Assembly (NCBI RefSeq): GCF_009834535.1 | Contig: NC_045697.1 | Span: forward strand, 57,352,001-57,416,000 | Length of the DNA stretch: 64,000 nucleotides | Source of the DNA: Camelus ferus | Taxonomy: Eukaryota | Reading direction: 5' to 3' | Shown: positions 24,316 to 37,827 of the stretch, piece by piece | How the letters are laid out: each line of letters begins with the position of its first letter | Numbering within the stretch: position 1 is the stretch's first letter | Position numbers and translations under genes: made by a program | Notes under the pieces: generated by a model | What the model was told of the DNA's origin: nothing | The model's database searches: none | What the model saw: only the letters and a program-made list of their open reading frames with translations

Positions 24316-25636
24316 TAGTAAGTCTTCCTAACTCATCAAAATTTAAAAGTCCTAATTACACAAAACTGAAATTGAGTGAACTTATTAAATATCATTTGTT
24401 TAAAAACTGAAACATGATTTAACTTAATAAAATTGCAAAAATCGTATCAGAAATATTAAAAAATTATATGTTTTTTTAAAAATTTAGTTTCTCTTGAAAG
24501 ACATCTTCAAATGCAAAATTAAATTGATAGGAAGCTTTTTGCTGATGATATTGCAGCATATTAAAATAACTTAGTCAGAGAAGTTGATATAATTTCAATT
24601 CATATATTAAGGAGACTGTCATCAGACTAGTGAAAGTCCAGCATAATGGATAAATTATCTGGTTGACACATTTAAAAATAGAACTTTGTCAAAATATTAG
24701 CAGCTAGAGTCTATGTAAAAAATAAGGGCATCTTTTTTTTTCTTTTGATTTATTTTTAAAGATTATTTCCTTAAGGGATAGCATCTGAGTATAGAAAAAT
24801 ATGTATTTTCTGAGGAATCTACATTCTATAAGGGAAATACACAACCCTGGGGAACATGAAGTTAAAATTTTAAAAGCTCTTTGGAAAAACTTTAATTCCA
24901 GAATTGCTTAATGAAACAAAATAATTGCTCTTATTAGTATAACTCATGACTTGGCCAAATGATTAGTTCATACGTATCTTTCCTAAAAATTAATGAAGAT
25001 AAATCAATTTTTACTAAGATCTTAGTGATTTGCTGACTTATTATTACATGTTAAATTAACAATAGTGCCACCAGTAATAAAAATTGGGCTCTAAGTCTGT
25101 GCTCATTCAGTGTTACTATCCCTTTCACTGTCAGTTCAGTTTGTATTTACATTATATTCTAACTATTATGTTAAATTAAAGGAAGAAAGTTAGAGATAGT
25201 GTTACATAAGCTAAATTTTGCTAAATTCCCAAATTACAAGCTATTAAATTAAGATTTTTTGCCAATTAATTCATAGTAATTTAACTATTTTTTATGTCTA
25301 ACACATTGTGTTTAATGAAGTTGAGTTAAATCATGAAGATTCAAATTGTTTATTGATCCATGAAGAACATTTAACTTGTTCACAGTCTTCTTATACCAGT
25401 CATACTAAAGTAGCTCAGTTCTATTATTAATTCATCTCATATCTTAATCTGAATAGAAATATCTGAGACAAGAATCATATAATTGTACAAACTGGTGCAA
25501 AAAGTAAATACATAGAAGCTTGCCATATTTAAAAGCCTGATGGGAAACAATTTAGATAAAGATTGATTTGTAAGGTGATTTCACATTCTATTCAGTCCCC
25601 ATAAATTTAGATATAAAATCTTTTATACTCATTGAT

Positions 25637-27553
25637 TGTAATAGACAGAATAATGCCCACCCACCCAATGTCCCCATCCTAATCCTATGACTGTGTTACT
25701 TTATGCAGGGAAAGGAACTTTGCAGATGAGATTAAGTTATGGATCTTGAGATAGAAAGATTATACTGGATTATCTAGGTAAACCCAGTTTAATCACAATA
25801 GTCCTTATAAAGGAAAGAGAAGATGATCAGAGTGATAGATTATAATGATGGAACAGAGGTTAAAGACAAATGGAGATTTGAAGGTGCTATGCTGGTAGCT
25901 TTGAAGATGAAGGAGAGGCCACAAAGGCAAGGAATGCAAAAAAGGCAAGGAAATATATTCTCCCCAGAGCATTCAATAGGACTGGAGCCCTGGCAGCATC
26001 TTGATTTTAGGATGTCTGCCATCAGAAATGTAAGTTAATCAACTTTGTGCTAACAATTTTGTGGTAATACACTACAGCAGCAGTAAAACAAACAAACAAA
26101 AACCTAATACAAGTTTAGTATTGTAAGATGGATCCTGAAAATGTGAAAGTAACTTTGGGGTTGGTCAATAGGAAGAGACTAGAAGAATTTTGAGAAATCT
26201 GATAGAAGCAGCTTAGGTTGCCCTTAACTGTTAGTAGAAATATGGATATTATCAACTCTGCTAGTGAGGAACCAAAAGAAAATAAGGATGATAGCAGAGA
26301 TATGTAATCTTAGAGAATATCTAAATCATCATAAGCAGATTGTTGGTACATATATGGTTGTTAAAAAGGCTGGTGGTGAAGACTCAGAAAATAATGAGGA
26401 ACATGTCAATGAAAACTGGAGGAAAGAGTATATTTGTTATGTATTTTCAGAAAGCTATGTAGAAGTTTTTCCTACAATTATATGGAAAACAGAATTGTAA
26501 GTAATGAACTTGGATATTTAGATTATGAGATCTTCAAGTGAAGTGACCTACTCTCTTCTTCGCACTGCTTATAGCAAAATGTGAGAGGAAAGAACTCATT
26601 CTGAGAGGATTGTTTAGCAAAAGGGAGTGGACATGATGATTTGGAAAATTCTCAGTCTAATCAGAATGGAAAAGTCAGTTAAAGTAAGAAATACACTATC
26701 AGAAAAGCATTATCTTGGGAGAAAGCAGAAGATGTTACTAGATAACCATTTGCTAGTGCCTTAGAATAAATAAAAGTTTATAGCATTCAGTCACACAAAG
26801 GGCTTTTTGAAGAGATTAGGTATCTGAATCATGGATATCTATAGCCATTTCATTTGTTGCCAAAAAAAAAAAAAGAGTTAGGTATATCTGAGAAAGTCCT
26901 GTGGAATACCTTCTTGTATAAATGAATGAATGCATCTCCAGAACATACACGACATCCATGGAAGACCCACAATGTCCTTAGTAAGTTAAAATAGCAGAAA
27001 AACAGCCAACATAGACTGAAAAGCTCAGAAAGAACATGAAATGAAAGACTGCTGTACTCCAAATATTCCAAAGGCAGGAAACAGGCTGATAAACCTACTT
27101 AATTACAAACATATGGAATACAACCTTCATAAAGAAGGGTGACTTCTTGGGTTTGGGTAGAGATGGGACCCCAGGGGACAAGGGTAAATCTCAAGTCTTA
27201 AAACATAGTGTTGTTTATTCTACCTGAATTTTGAAATTGTTTTGGGCTAGTGGTTCATTTTTCCTTCTACCATCTCCTTTTTCAAATGAGAATGTCTATA
27301 ACTGATCTCCTATGATTATCCCACCACTGTATTTTGGGAGCAGATTACTTTTGGCTGATTTTCACAGGTTCAGCAATGTAAAGGATTTCGCCCCCAAGAC
27401 TGACTACACACAGGACCTCATCTACATCGTCTTTAGATAATTTAGATGGTAAGATTTGGGACTTTTGAGCTGCAGAGATTTAGATGAGAGTTTGAAGTTA
27501 AGCTCTTAAATGTGTAGTAATTTGTTATAGCAACAATAGAAAAAGAATGATAT
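25637..27553 (+). mobile_element. MaLR MLT1D-type element: 5' LTR (25637-26111), internal region, terminal stub of 3' LTR (about 27505-27553)
   Basis: LTR starts TGTAATAGACAGAATAATG, contains GGAACTTTGCAGATGAGATTAAG...TATACTGGATTATCTAGG and ends CTAATACA. Internal region starts CCTGAAAATGTGAAAGTAACTTTGG. The stub reads GTAATTTGTTATAGCAACAATAGAAAA. Confidence 0.85.
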
Positions 27554-28389
27554 AAAGTATATGAGCTTATGATTATATGATTATCATTTTCCTTTTAAAT
27601 AATGATCTAAACCACTATTTAACTTACTACTTCAATGTACATGCACACTAACATCTTCCAAAAGAAATTAGTGTTTTATCTATTAATTTTAATAGTCAAG
27701 AATCAATAAAAATAATAGGAAATATAAACAGTTCGCTTAAATAATAGACAACTTATGTAGGGCTTTTTCATGGACATTTACTCTGGTAAACAGGAAAAAA
27801 TCATGCATTACACAGCTATTAACTTCCTTGGTCATATGTAAATGAAAAGAATTGTCAAGAATGAATTATAACTATATTTTTGTGCATTTAAAAACCTGAA
27901 GCACATATTGGTGAAATTTAACCTCTTTGTATTAGGGTGTAAAAAATATTTCCAAAATAATATTTCAATTTTATACTTTAAAATAGTGACTTTAGTTTAA
28001 AACAAAACAAAATTATTTTTTAAAATTAGGCAATATAAAAATTTAGGAAGAAATGCAAAAAAAAAAAACTATTGAAAAGTTTAAATCAATTCCAAAAATT
28101 ACATTTTTTCATCTATTAACATTCCAAAAGTTAGATACAATTTTTCATCTATTTTTCACTCTTCTCATTCTCAGTCTCAGTTTCTTTTTTTTTTTTTTCA
28201 GGTTGTTTTCTGCCATTCTTCACATTACTGTTGGGAATGCTGAGAGAGGATTCTTCTCTCTCATATTATGTGTTCAGCATGTAAAATTCAGTATGCAAAT
28301 GTTTGCTTTAATTGGCACTACCTACCGTTAAAAAGGCTTGAAGACTCTTAACAACTAGAATAGCTCCTCTCCTATGATTATAATTAAAT

Positions 28390-29360
28390 ACATTATCCAG
28401 GCATGCTCCTGAGTTTCATAAAGGTATCTCAAATTTAAGATTTTTAGAATTACCCTCAAATCTGCTCCAGATATGGAATTTTCTTCTATGGTGAAAGCTC
28501 CATTCTTCCAGTTATACATACTTAAATCTCAAAGACATTTTAGTCTCCTTTTCTCTCACCGTCCATATCCAACTGATCATTGAGTTATTTTTTGTTTGTT
28601 TTGTTTTGTTTTTTTACTATTGTGGAATCTGTTTCTTTATTCTTGCTACAATTAAAGTTTCACAAAATTCTTCCAGTATTACTATAATAGTCTTTAATCT
28701 GATATCACTCCCCAGACCTGTCTTCCTATGACAGTCCTCAGTACTGCTAATGTATAATATTTATAAACATTTAAACACATTTAAACATTTAATTATTTCA
28801 GTAATGTTTTGATGGAACATCCAAGCCCCTTCCTTAAAAAGTTCACTGTCAGGTTTATCATTTGTCCTGATGTTCTCCTCTAAATTTTATCAGAATTGCA
28901 GAGCTACTTCCAGTTACTTATGTGGGCTATAGTGTCTTGTCCATAGCCTTTTTTATGTTTCTATACCAATAACTTTTTTATCATTCATTTTTCTATGCAT
29001 TAGTCAGAAATTGTTAGATGTTGTACATTTGAATGAAAACTGAAAAGCCTTTATAACTCCTTTTTGTTCCAATAAAATATCTACTAATGTTCAAATTTTA
29101 GCTTAGTTATTAAATCCTCCAGAAAAAAATTATTTTCGCTACTTCCCTATACAAACTTGTTTGTTCTAATTGTTTCTCTGTTCTCTCACACATCCTGGGA
29201 AAATCTTTACCATAGTACTTGTTATAGTGTATTGTGATTTTTATTGTTTGTTTCCTATTTAGTTTGAATAAATTATGAAAACTTAATCTATTTCCCCATC
29301 CAGGTCTAACTCTTGAGCTAGTTAAATAATAAGGAGCTTGAGACAATCAAACATTACCTG
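28390..29360 (+). mobile_element. LINE-2 fragment(s)
   Basis: GGTATCTCAAATTTAAG, CCATTCTTCCAGTT and CCATATCCAACTGATCATTGAG blocks; diverged 3' tail. Confidence 0.55.
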
Positions 29361-30956
29361 TAAAAACAAACAAACAAGCAAATAGTGTAAATGCATTTTT
29401 AAACTTGTGTATTGATTAATTTCATATAATCACTTTACATTCTTTAAAAATTTTATCTCTACATTTTTGGACATAAATCAGTACACAATACTTATGTACC
29501 TAATCCTTTTTCTAATGTACTCCCCTGATTAGGAATACACATTGATAGTTTGTTCTGTGTTAACTAAGAGCTCTATTTTCGCTTGCATTTTGTTTCCCAA
29601 TATATAGTACATTTAATTATTTTGAGCATGTAAATATGACGGTCATGACTTTTGTCATGGAATTCCTTTATCGTTTATTTTGTACCCATAATTAAAAACA
29701 TTAAATTAATTTTAGATTAATCATTTTAAAAGCATAATTATGCCATTTTTAGAAATGTCACATATGTACAAAGCCACAGTTTATTAGTTCTGTAGTGGAC
29801 AAGAATATAGCAGAAATCTTTCAGTCTAGGGTTGTGCTATTATCTATATTAAATGCTGAAAAGATCCTTTCCTGGCTAATAACTGTAAAATCACATTTTA
29901 GTAGCAGCACATGCCAGTATAATATCCTTTTAAAGTATCCCTCCATGGCCACAAAACTCAGAAAAATAGCATATTTTAAAACTTGGCTCATGATGGCAGC
30001 TCTCCACTAAAAGCCAATTATTCTGGAATATTCTGGTACTAAAATGAATCACAAATGCTCCTCATTCACTAGAGTCTCATGAAACACTTTCAAGGCAGAA
30101 ATGCAGTTTAGTTGAAATAACAGATGGAATAAATAGCTCCCCTGAACCCAATTTAACAAATATTGTGGTTGCCATCCTACTTATGATACTACTTTGCTCT
30201 GCAAAGCTTTTCTTAAAATTTGCCTGGTATTTGGAATCAAACAGGGTTGGTTTTATTAAACTAGAAATATATAATCATGTATATAAGATAAATTTGCACC
30301 AAAAACTAGAGTAGATGACACTACTCAAGAAAAACTATCAGAAACCATCAAGTAAAACATTGTAGTCTCATTTTGTTTTGTTTTGATCTTTTATACCTTT
30401 TAAGTTCTTTACTACACTGTTCATGCAGATTGCTCTGTTGGTTAATTATAGTTAGACTGTATCTCTTCATAGCCTTTACAAATAATGTTAACCTACGGTT
30501 TCATAATTTTCAATAGGTAGGCATTACTCTTTGACGTTATAATACTTCCAATTTTAGCATGCGAATACATATTTTAAGAGCAGATATTTTTCTCAGTTAT
30601 GCTTCTTCTGTTTTTGTTTGTTGGATTTTTTTTCCCCTTAAACTTCTTACTTTTGTAACATAATTTTTAGAAAAAATATATGAGGCAACTGAAGCAAACT
30701 GGTATGTTAAGATTCTCCTATTATTCAGATGCTTAAAATATATCATTTCAATGTTTCCTTATATCAGTAAAATAGATTTCATACTCTTAGTTTGCATGAG
30801 CTTCAAAATCTTAACTATGTTTATGCTATGTAGAAGGAAAAAAAGTAAAGATCCAAATCTAACTCTGGTTACCCCAAGCATCTCAATAAATGCATATTAA
30901 AATATTTAGAATTGTTATTACTGAAATAAAAGGGATTTGCAAGTCTCCTCTTTAAA

Positions 30957-31320
30957 ACTAGGAAGCAAAAATCATGGCCCCTGGACTGAATTTGATATTC
31001 AAATCATTTAAAATAGTTTTTGTTGTTGTATTGCTGTTGTTAATAGTTATCAAATTTTAAAATCAGAAGATATCTCACTTCATTTCAGATTTCAGGTTTC
31101 TCTTGAAAAAGTAATTCACAAGGCAACAATTGAAGCATGTCCTCTGATAACATATGTGGTCCCTAATTTGTCTCATTTCAGGATCTATTGGTGCATTTTA
31201 CTTATTTCCCTAAATGTTTCTAGTAAATATTCTCGTTCTCTACCCTCATGTAAACATACCTTGCTTCCTCCAGAAATCATTTACCTCACTTCCACCAGAT
31301 GGCAGGTTATGCTTACTTCC
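30957..31320 (+). mobile_element. hAT-Charlie MITE, MER102-like
   Basis: AAATCAGAAGATATCTCAC...CAGATTTCAGGTTTCTCTTGAAAAA block. Confidence 0.5.
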
Positions 31321-31999
31321 CTGACTGGAGTAAGGCAGAGAAATTGGATGAAGTTTATGGCCCTTAAGTTTAAATACAAAGCAGAACAAACCAGTTTGGC
31401 AGCATTTTCACATTATCTTCATATTTCAGGATGTGGTGTACAACTCTGGAAAACAGATAATTCTAATTTCGTTTCCTCTGTAATCATGATCTCAAACTCT
31501 GTTACAGCCAGAGAAAGAAAGATGCTAGTTAAAGAAAATGAACAAAAAAGAAAGGAAGAAGAAGAAAACACAGAGAGATAAAGGAAAAGAAAGAGAGATA
31601 GCATTTAAGGTCTTGTCATGTCTATACTTGTCTCAAAGCCCCCATCTCTACTTTTCTTGGGGTTTGGTGATTTAGTCAGTGAAGCTCCAGTACAGTTTAA
31701 TTTAATTTGAATTGAGGTTTTGTATTGTTTTGTTTTGCATTTACAAACAAAAGTAATTTACAAGTATAGGCAAAAATAGGAAAGGAGGAGAGTAGTGTCT
31801 AGGATCCACACAGCTGAGGATTTAAACATATAATGACATAACCATTACATGCAGTATTATACGTTCAGTTAGTCAAAAGTATTTTGACTAATACTGTTTT
31901 CAGTCATCAAAATGAAGTGGAGAATAATTTCAATGCACTTGCTGTTCTCTATAACTGTTAGGTGAAAACTAGGTTACCAGACAAATAATACACTAGTGG

Positions 32000-32245
32000 T
32001 AATAATGGCTAATATAGATTACTATTTGTCAGGCACTGTTTTAAGAGTGTTCCATTTTTTAATTAATTGAATCTTTACAAAATTTTATGTGATTAATTAT
32101 ATTATTTTTCTACATTTTCCAGATGAGAATATTAAGGCACAATGACATTAAATAATTGTAAATCCCCAGGTTGCTAAGGAAGAAAGTAGCAGAGCTGATT
32201 TAGCACTCTCTAGCTCAAGAGCTCTTGATTCTAATCACTCTATTC
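32000..32245 (-). mobile_element. MIR SINE
   Basis: TTACTATTTGTCAGGCACTGTTTTAAG...CATTTTCCAGATGAGAATATTAAGGCACA. Confidence 0.8.
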
Positions 32246-34589
32246 TGCTACTTCTCATTGTGAATCAATTCATCTTAAAAATAAAATGCACTTGTTAAAT
32301 GAATAGAAATAGGCCTGGGATTAGTATGCACTAAAATGTTAACACATTTTCTGGTTGTGGAATTATAAATGATTATATTGTGAGTGTATATATATGTGTG
32401 TGGCCACATTTTTCAAAATATGTTGAATAACATGACATTTTGGAAGTTAAACTATTACAGTATAATTGTTTTTTTAAACATGTTTACTGAAAATGGTGTT
32501 ATTACAATTGCCAACAGCTAATTATATCATGATGTCTCAAAAACATAGGTATGACAGAAAGAAATTACCAAATGCTTTTAAAATTCTCTGGTAACATTGA
32601 AAGGACCTAAGATTTTCATTAATATTTATGGACTCAATATGTGTTTGTTAAATAATGAATGGGTAGATAATTCCCAAATGAAGAAAGCACTTTACTGTTG
32701 TATCATTATTTATAAACTCAAAGGAAAAAGAAAAAGAAAGAAAATTATCATTTCACTGATAATTTAGTAAATGATACAATGTGTAAAACAAAATATAGTT
32801 AGCATTTTCTGTGATTTTATGCATTTTTTTTAATGTAGATAGTTTTGATTACTGATATCAGATCTTGTAGTAATCAAATAATATCCTCTGACTGTCCTTT
32901 CTTACTTTTCTGAAAATTGGCATTTTGGAAAGAACATCGAACTTTATAAAGACAGAAATCAAAGGTTTGTATTGAGCTTCAATTGCTTTGAAAATTTGAA
33001 CCAGTACTTCTGAATCTCGGTTTTCCTGTCTTCATTGTTTTACATTAAATGAGGTACATTTTGAAAACTAAAGCCCTCTCTAACATCTATATTACACTTA
33101 AATTTAAGTTTTTGTTGCTATTACTATAAAACTTTTTTAATAAAAGATTTTAGATTGACTACCGTTATCTTTTTCTCATGTCATAAGATGCTCTAGGCTA
33201 AGGCCATTTTCTCTTATTCAAAGAGCAAATACTGAATAACTGCTGTTTTAGCCAAATTATTTTCTCATTAAAAATATGTGTAATTTATATATGAAGGAAT
33301 GAATTTTCTTACTTATAACTTGCTATTAAATCAGATTTATTACAGTCAAATACACAGTTTTGTATTATTAATCTTCTATTGTTACAGTTAACAAGTATAA
33401 TGTATCTTTCAGAGTTCTAAAATTTTTAAATATTTATGAAAAGACTCAGTTGTGAAGATATTATACTTGATTATTTCTATCAGGCAAAAATAGATATTCA
33501 GAATGTATATTGAATGATTATAGTAATGATTTAAGTAAAATGGAAACTATTAGTACAAATTATATCAAAATAGTCCAACAAATGTACAGTGGGATAAAGG
33601 CTTGGGAAATGGAAACTTGTGGCTTAGTCAATTATCCTTCCAGTTAAAAAGACTTGAACTCTTTAAATTGAATTTTTTTCTATTAATTATGCATATAATA
33701 TCAAATAATAATTATAATTCTTAATAATACTAGGAAATATAATTTATATAATTCATAGTAATACTAGTATCTTTGCTACTGAAAACACTTAACTTACTTT
33801 CCTTCTTGGGAGTACTTCTACCAGACTGAGTCCATTCATCTAAATTAAATTTAATTCACTTGTAATATTCTTGCCTCTAAAAATTCCTATTAATATATTA
33901 TACTCCAATTTCTCCTACTTGGAGAAATTATGGATTTAATCTTGTAAATTTAAACTTGTAATTGCTATCAAGGTGCCCAGTCATATTTGAAATAGGCCAT
34001 TTGAGGAATTTAGTATATAATTTATAACCATTAGTTTTTCAGAAACTTTGTAGTTCAGTGAAAAAAGTACAAAATTAGTAAAATATAGAATAAGATTTAT
34101 ATTTTTATTCTTTGTATGAGCACCTGGTGAACAACAGAAATGAATTTTCTCAAATATTTCAGTTTTTTTGTTGTTCTTCTGATGACACATAAAACATTTT
34201 GTGAGATAACTGGGTTAAGTTTGCTATTGAAACAGTGCTCCTCTTCAACTTGATGGTTTAATCTACCACAAGTCATTAAATATTTTCTAAATTAGCAATG
34301 AATTAGTCACTATAGCAGATATATTAAGAACTTTATTTGAAAAAAATGTGATCTTTTAAAACATTATTTCCAGGTGCTAAAATGAGATGTGTTAAAATGC
34401 AATCCTAACTCTAGAAACCTCATTAAACTTACATTATAGCAAAACCTTAAAAAGTTTTTACTGTTAAACTGTCCTCCATAAATCAAACATTACATCAAAG
34501 GAGGCTAATAAATTATAAGGCAGAGATGGTTGTATGTCACTCTGCAAAAGAAAGACATCCTGAGGAAATGTAATTGCCTCCCTTTAGAA

Positions 34590-34820
34590 AATAACAGCTA
34601 ATTTTTGTTGACTTATTTTGTATCCTGGAGTTGTTTGAAGCTATTTACTTGGATTATTAACCCATTTATTCTTACAATTCTATGAATTAGTTGCTATTCT
34701 TATCTCATTTTACAGGTGATGAAACTGGGGCTAGTAGAGCTAGGTAAATTGCTCAAGTAGTATTTGTCAGGGCTATAATATACACAAAGATATTATCATT
34801 CCAGAATCCGTGGTTTTAAA
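34590..34820 (-). mobile_element. MIR SINE
   Basis: TATCTCATTTTACAGGTGATGAAACTGGGGCTAG...GGTAAATTGCTCAAG. Confidence 0.8.
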
Positions 34821-35130
34821 GACAGTGTTTTTCAAACCTCTTTAAATTATTGAAAACAAATATCCTTAGAAGGGATGATGAAATACCAGCACAAGCAAAA
34901 ATCTCTGTAATCCTGCACTTTGATGAAAAAATCAGGGAAAGAAAGAAAACTTAAAGTATGTGGTTAGGAGACAGGACAGCAAAACAATAAAGCTAATAAG
35001 TCAATAAGGCTAATTTAGACAGGGTGGGCCTAAAATATATATCTTGGGCCCACATTCGTACTCTGGCAACTACTGACACTGAGATGGAATTCATAATAAA
35101 CTGACTGCTGCAAACTAGATTTACTCAAGC

Positions 35131-35568
35131 CTATTAGTTTCTTAGGACTGCTACAACAAAGTACCACAAAAAGGGCAGTTTAAAATGACAGAAATTTGTT
35201 TTCTCACAGTTCTGGAGGTTAGAAGTCCAAAATCAAAGTGACAAGTCCAGGCTCTTCATGAAGGCTCTAGGGAGTCTATTTCTTTGCTTCTTCCTAGTTC
35301 CTGATGGTTTCATGCAATCCTTGACATTCTTTGTTTTGCAGACACATCATTCTAATCTCTGCTTCCAAGGACACATGATGTTCTCCCTGTCTTTGAATCT
35401 CTACATTTGTTTCTCATAAGGACACCAGTCATTAAATTCAAGTGCCCACCCTAATCCAGTATGACTTCACCTTAAGATGACCCTATTTCCAAATAAGGGA
35501 ACATTCACAGATACCAGATGTTAGGACTTCAAACATATCTTTTGGGGAGATGTAAATCAACCTATAGC
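35131..35568 (-). mobile_element. MaLR solo LTR, MLT1B/C-type
   Basis: TATTAGTTTCTTAGGACTGCTACAACAAAGTACCACAAA...TCTCACAGTTCTGGAGGTTAGAAGTCCAAAATCAA...CCCTATTTCCAAATAAGG. Confidence 0.9.
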
Positions 35569-36059
35569 TCCTACTCTTCTCTCTAATACACGGTAGGCAG
35601 GTGTGAGAAAATAAGTTTTGCATTAATGAGGAGCAAATAAATAGGCATAACTGAAAATACTGAGTACGTAAAGACCTACAGCCATAGTGAATATGAGACA
35701 GATATTACGATATAATCTACATTCAGAGAGTATAGTTTAATTAAACTGTAATGAACTGGGAGACTTATCCATTAATCATATTTAAAATATCTCACTGCCA
35801 ACCATGTGTAAACTGGTGGGACCTGCTGCCGAGTAGTCGGATTTGGCTAGAGGAAAATCACTCAGCTTGAATCTTACCATGAATTCTTGATCAGCAATCT
35901 AAAATGACTGTTAACAAGGCTTGGAATGTTAGTAAATTCTTCTAGTAAATGCATCTGTACGCTAACCAAGGAATTTAATGTCTCATCCAGTTCTTCAGAT
36001 ATCCTTTCTTGCCCTAAATTGGCTAATGATTTTCCCTCATAAATCATCACTATAGACCC

Positions 36060-36700
36060 TTTCCACAAATATATGGTAATTCTTGGCTGCCTCTTCATAT
36101 TTAAGAGTAAAACACTTAAAAGCTGATCATAAATTCTGTGCTCATGGAAGGTACTAGGTGGTATGTTAGGATTACTGAGATTTGACCAGGTCCAGTCATT
36201 TCACTGGGAAACTCTACAATATTGCTGCTTATAGGTCTTTATTTTGAGCTATTCAGATACCTCAGGAAAGAAGTTTTGAACCTGCTCCCTGGGGAGTGTG
36301 GAGAAGTAGAAGCTATCAGCATTCTAGGCAGCATTCTTAGTGCTAGGTGGAGTCGGAGGACTCCCTTTTGGGAATCCATGCTTTTATATAATTCCTATTT
36401 TCTTACAGCATCCTAATCTACAGCTAGTCAGGCAGTGCCTAGATCTATGTACTCTCATGCACACATTTTCCAGACAATATATTTACTGTCTTTTGAGATC
36501 ATGAAACGTAATCAACTGTCTCAGTACAGGATGTGAAAGTGGATCTATGTTTAAACTGTTTTTTATGACTTTTAACAAAGCCCCACCCAAATTGTCATGT
36601 TCATCAGACCTAACATTGTAATTCCCTAACTTTCTAGGGTAAATTAAGTTGCTTCTTGGTAACTAGATGTGCAGACCACAATCTTTCAGCTTATGTCTAA
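36060..36700 (-). mobile_element. Ancient HAL1-like (or L1M 5' region) fragment
   Basis: GGTAATTCTTGGCTGCCTCTTCATATTTAAGAGTAAAACACTTAAAAGCTGAT resembles the HAL1 5' region as I recall it; not database-checked. Confidence 0.45.
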
Positions 36701-37827
36701 TACTTTTTACTGCTACTCGTCATTCAGGGATCTTTTTTTCTGATTTCTTTTCTATTTTCTTTGTCTTTGAACATTCATACCTTTTTTTCCCTATAATGTC
36801 ATTTACTTTTTGTTCAGAATGGACTGTGGGTGAACAAAAATATTCAATCAGATATTGTAACTGATTTTTGTGAATAATAAAGCAAACCATAAAGTAGTAT
36901 AAAACATAAGGTTCATAGGCTATTCAAATTTAGTTAAGATGAATTGTGAAACCCCCAATACTATAAGGAAATATATTGGAGATTTGAAAGACAATTTGGA
37001 AGACATTTCCTTATCTTGAATAGGGTTCTCTCAAAGTCCAAGGTTTTTTTTTTAATTTTAGAAGACTTAATTTCTAAAAATGTTGACTCTGGAGTAATGA
37101 GATGCAAACATCATTTGATTATCCAACAAACCATTTGAAATGGCACTGTAAGGAGTGATTAGGTCTTGAGAGAAATTTGGTATTAAGTACATAAACAATG
37201 CAAAATCTAAATGTTAATTGTAATTATTTAGGATACTTCATACATTTTACAATTAAAATAAGATTGCTATAGAAACATAAGTACAAGGTATTTACTTTAT
37301 TAAAAATAAAAATAAATTGTGATGCAGTGATCGCCTAAGTTTTATTGTTATATTATGTGCACTATTGCACATTAATGTGTGGGTTTAGAAGTGTTCAAAG
37401 TTATAGCACATCATTTATAATATTGATAGTATGCTGCATCAAATTTCAGAAAGAATATTTTAATCTGACATACTACATAACAGGTGGTAGATTATTTTCA
37501 GAATTGCTAGTAAACTGCTTACAGCAATACTCAAATTGATTCATTCGTTGTAAGTTGAATTTATTACATCTGAAAGGCAAAACTATGCCTCAGTCCTCTT
37601 CAGTATGAACTTCACCATACTTTATGAAATTCATTGAATTTTTAAATGTATCGTCCAAAGAGGGAGATGACAGTTTCTAGATAATTGAAAAAAATCAAAC
37701 TATAGACCTCATATTTCCAGGTAAATTCTATTCCTCATGAATAAATCTTTATCTGAATAATTTTTTAAATTAAGATGTTTAATTTTGATGTTTGCTGTCC
37801 AAGCCCCTGGAGAATTCCTCATGTATT

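Noticed and set aside
31156..31581. 141-aa ORF
   Set aside because: GTG start, partly overlaps a DNA-transposon relic, ends in a purine-rich low-complexity run, and has no recognisable domain.
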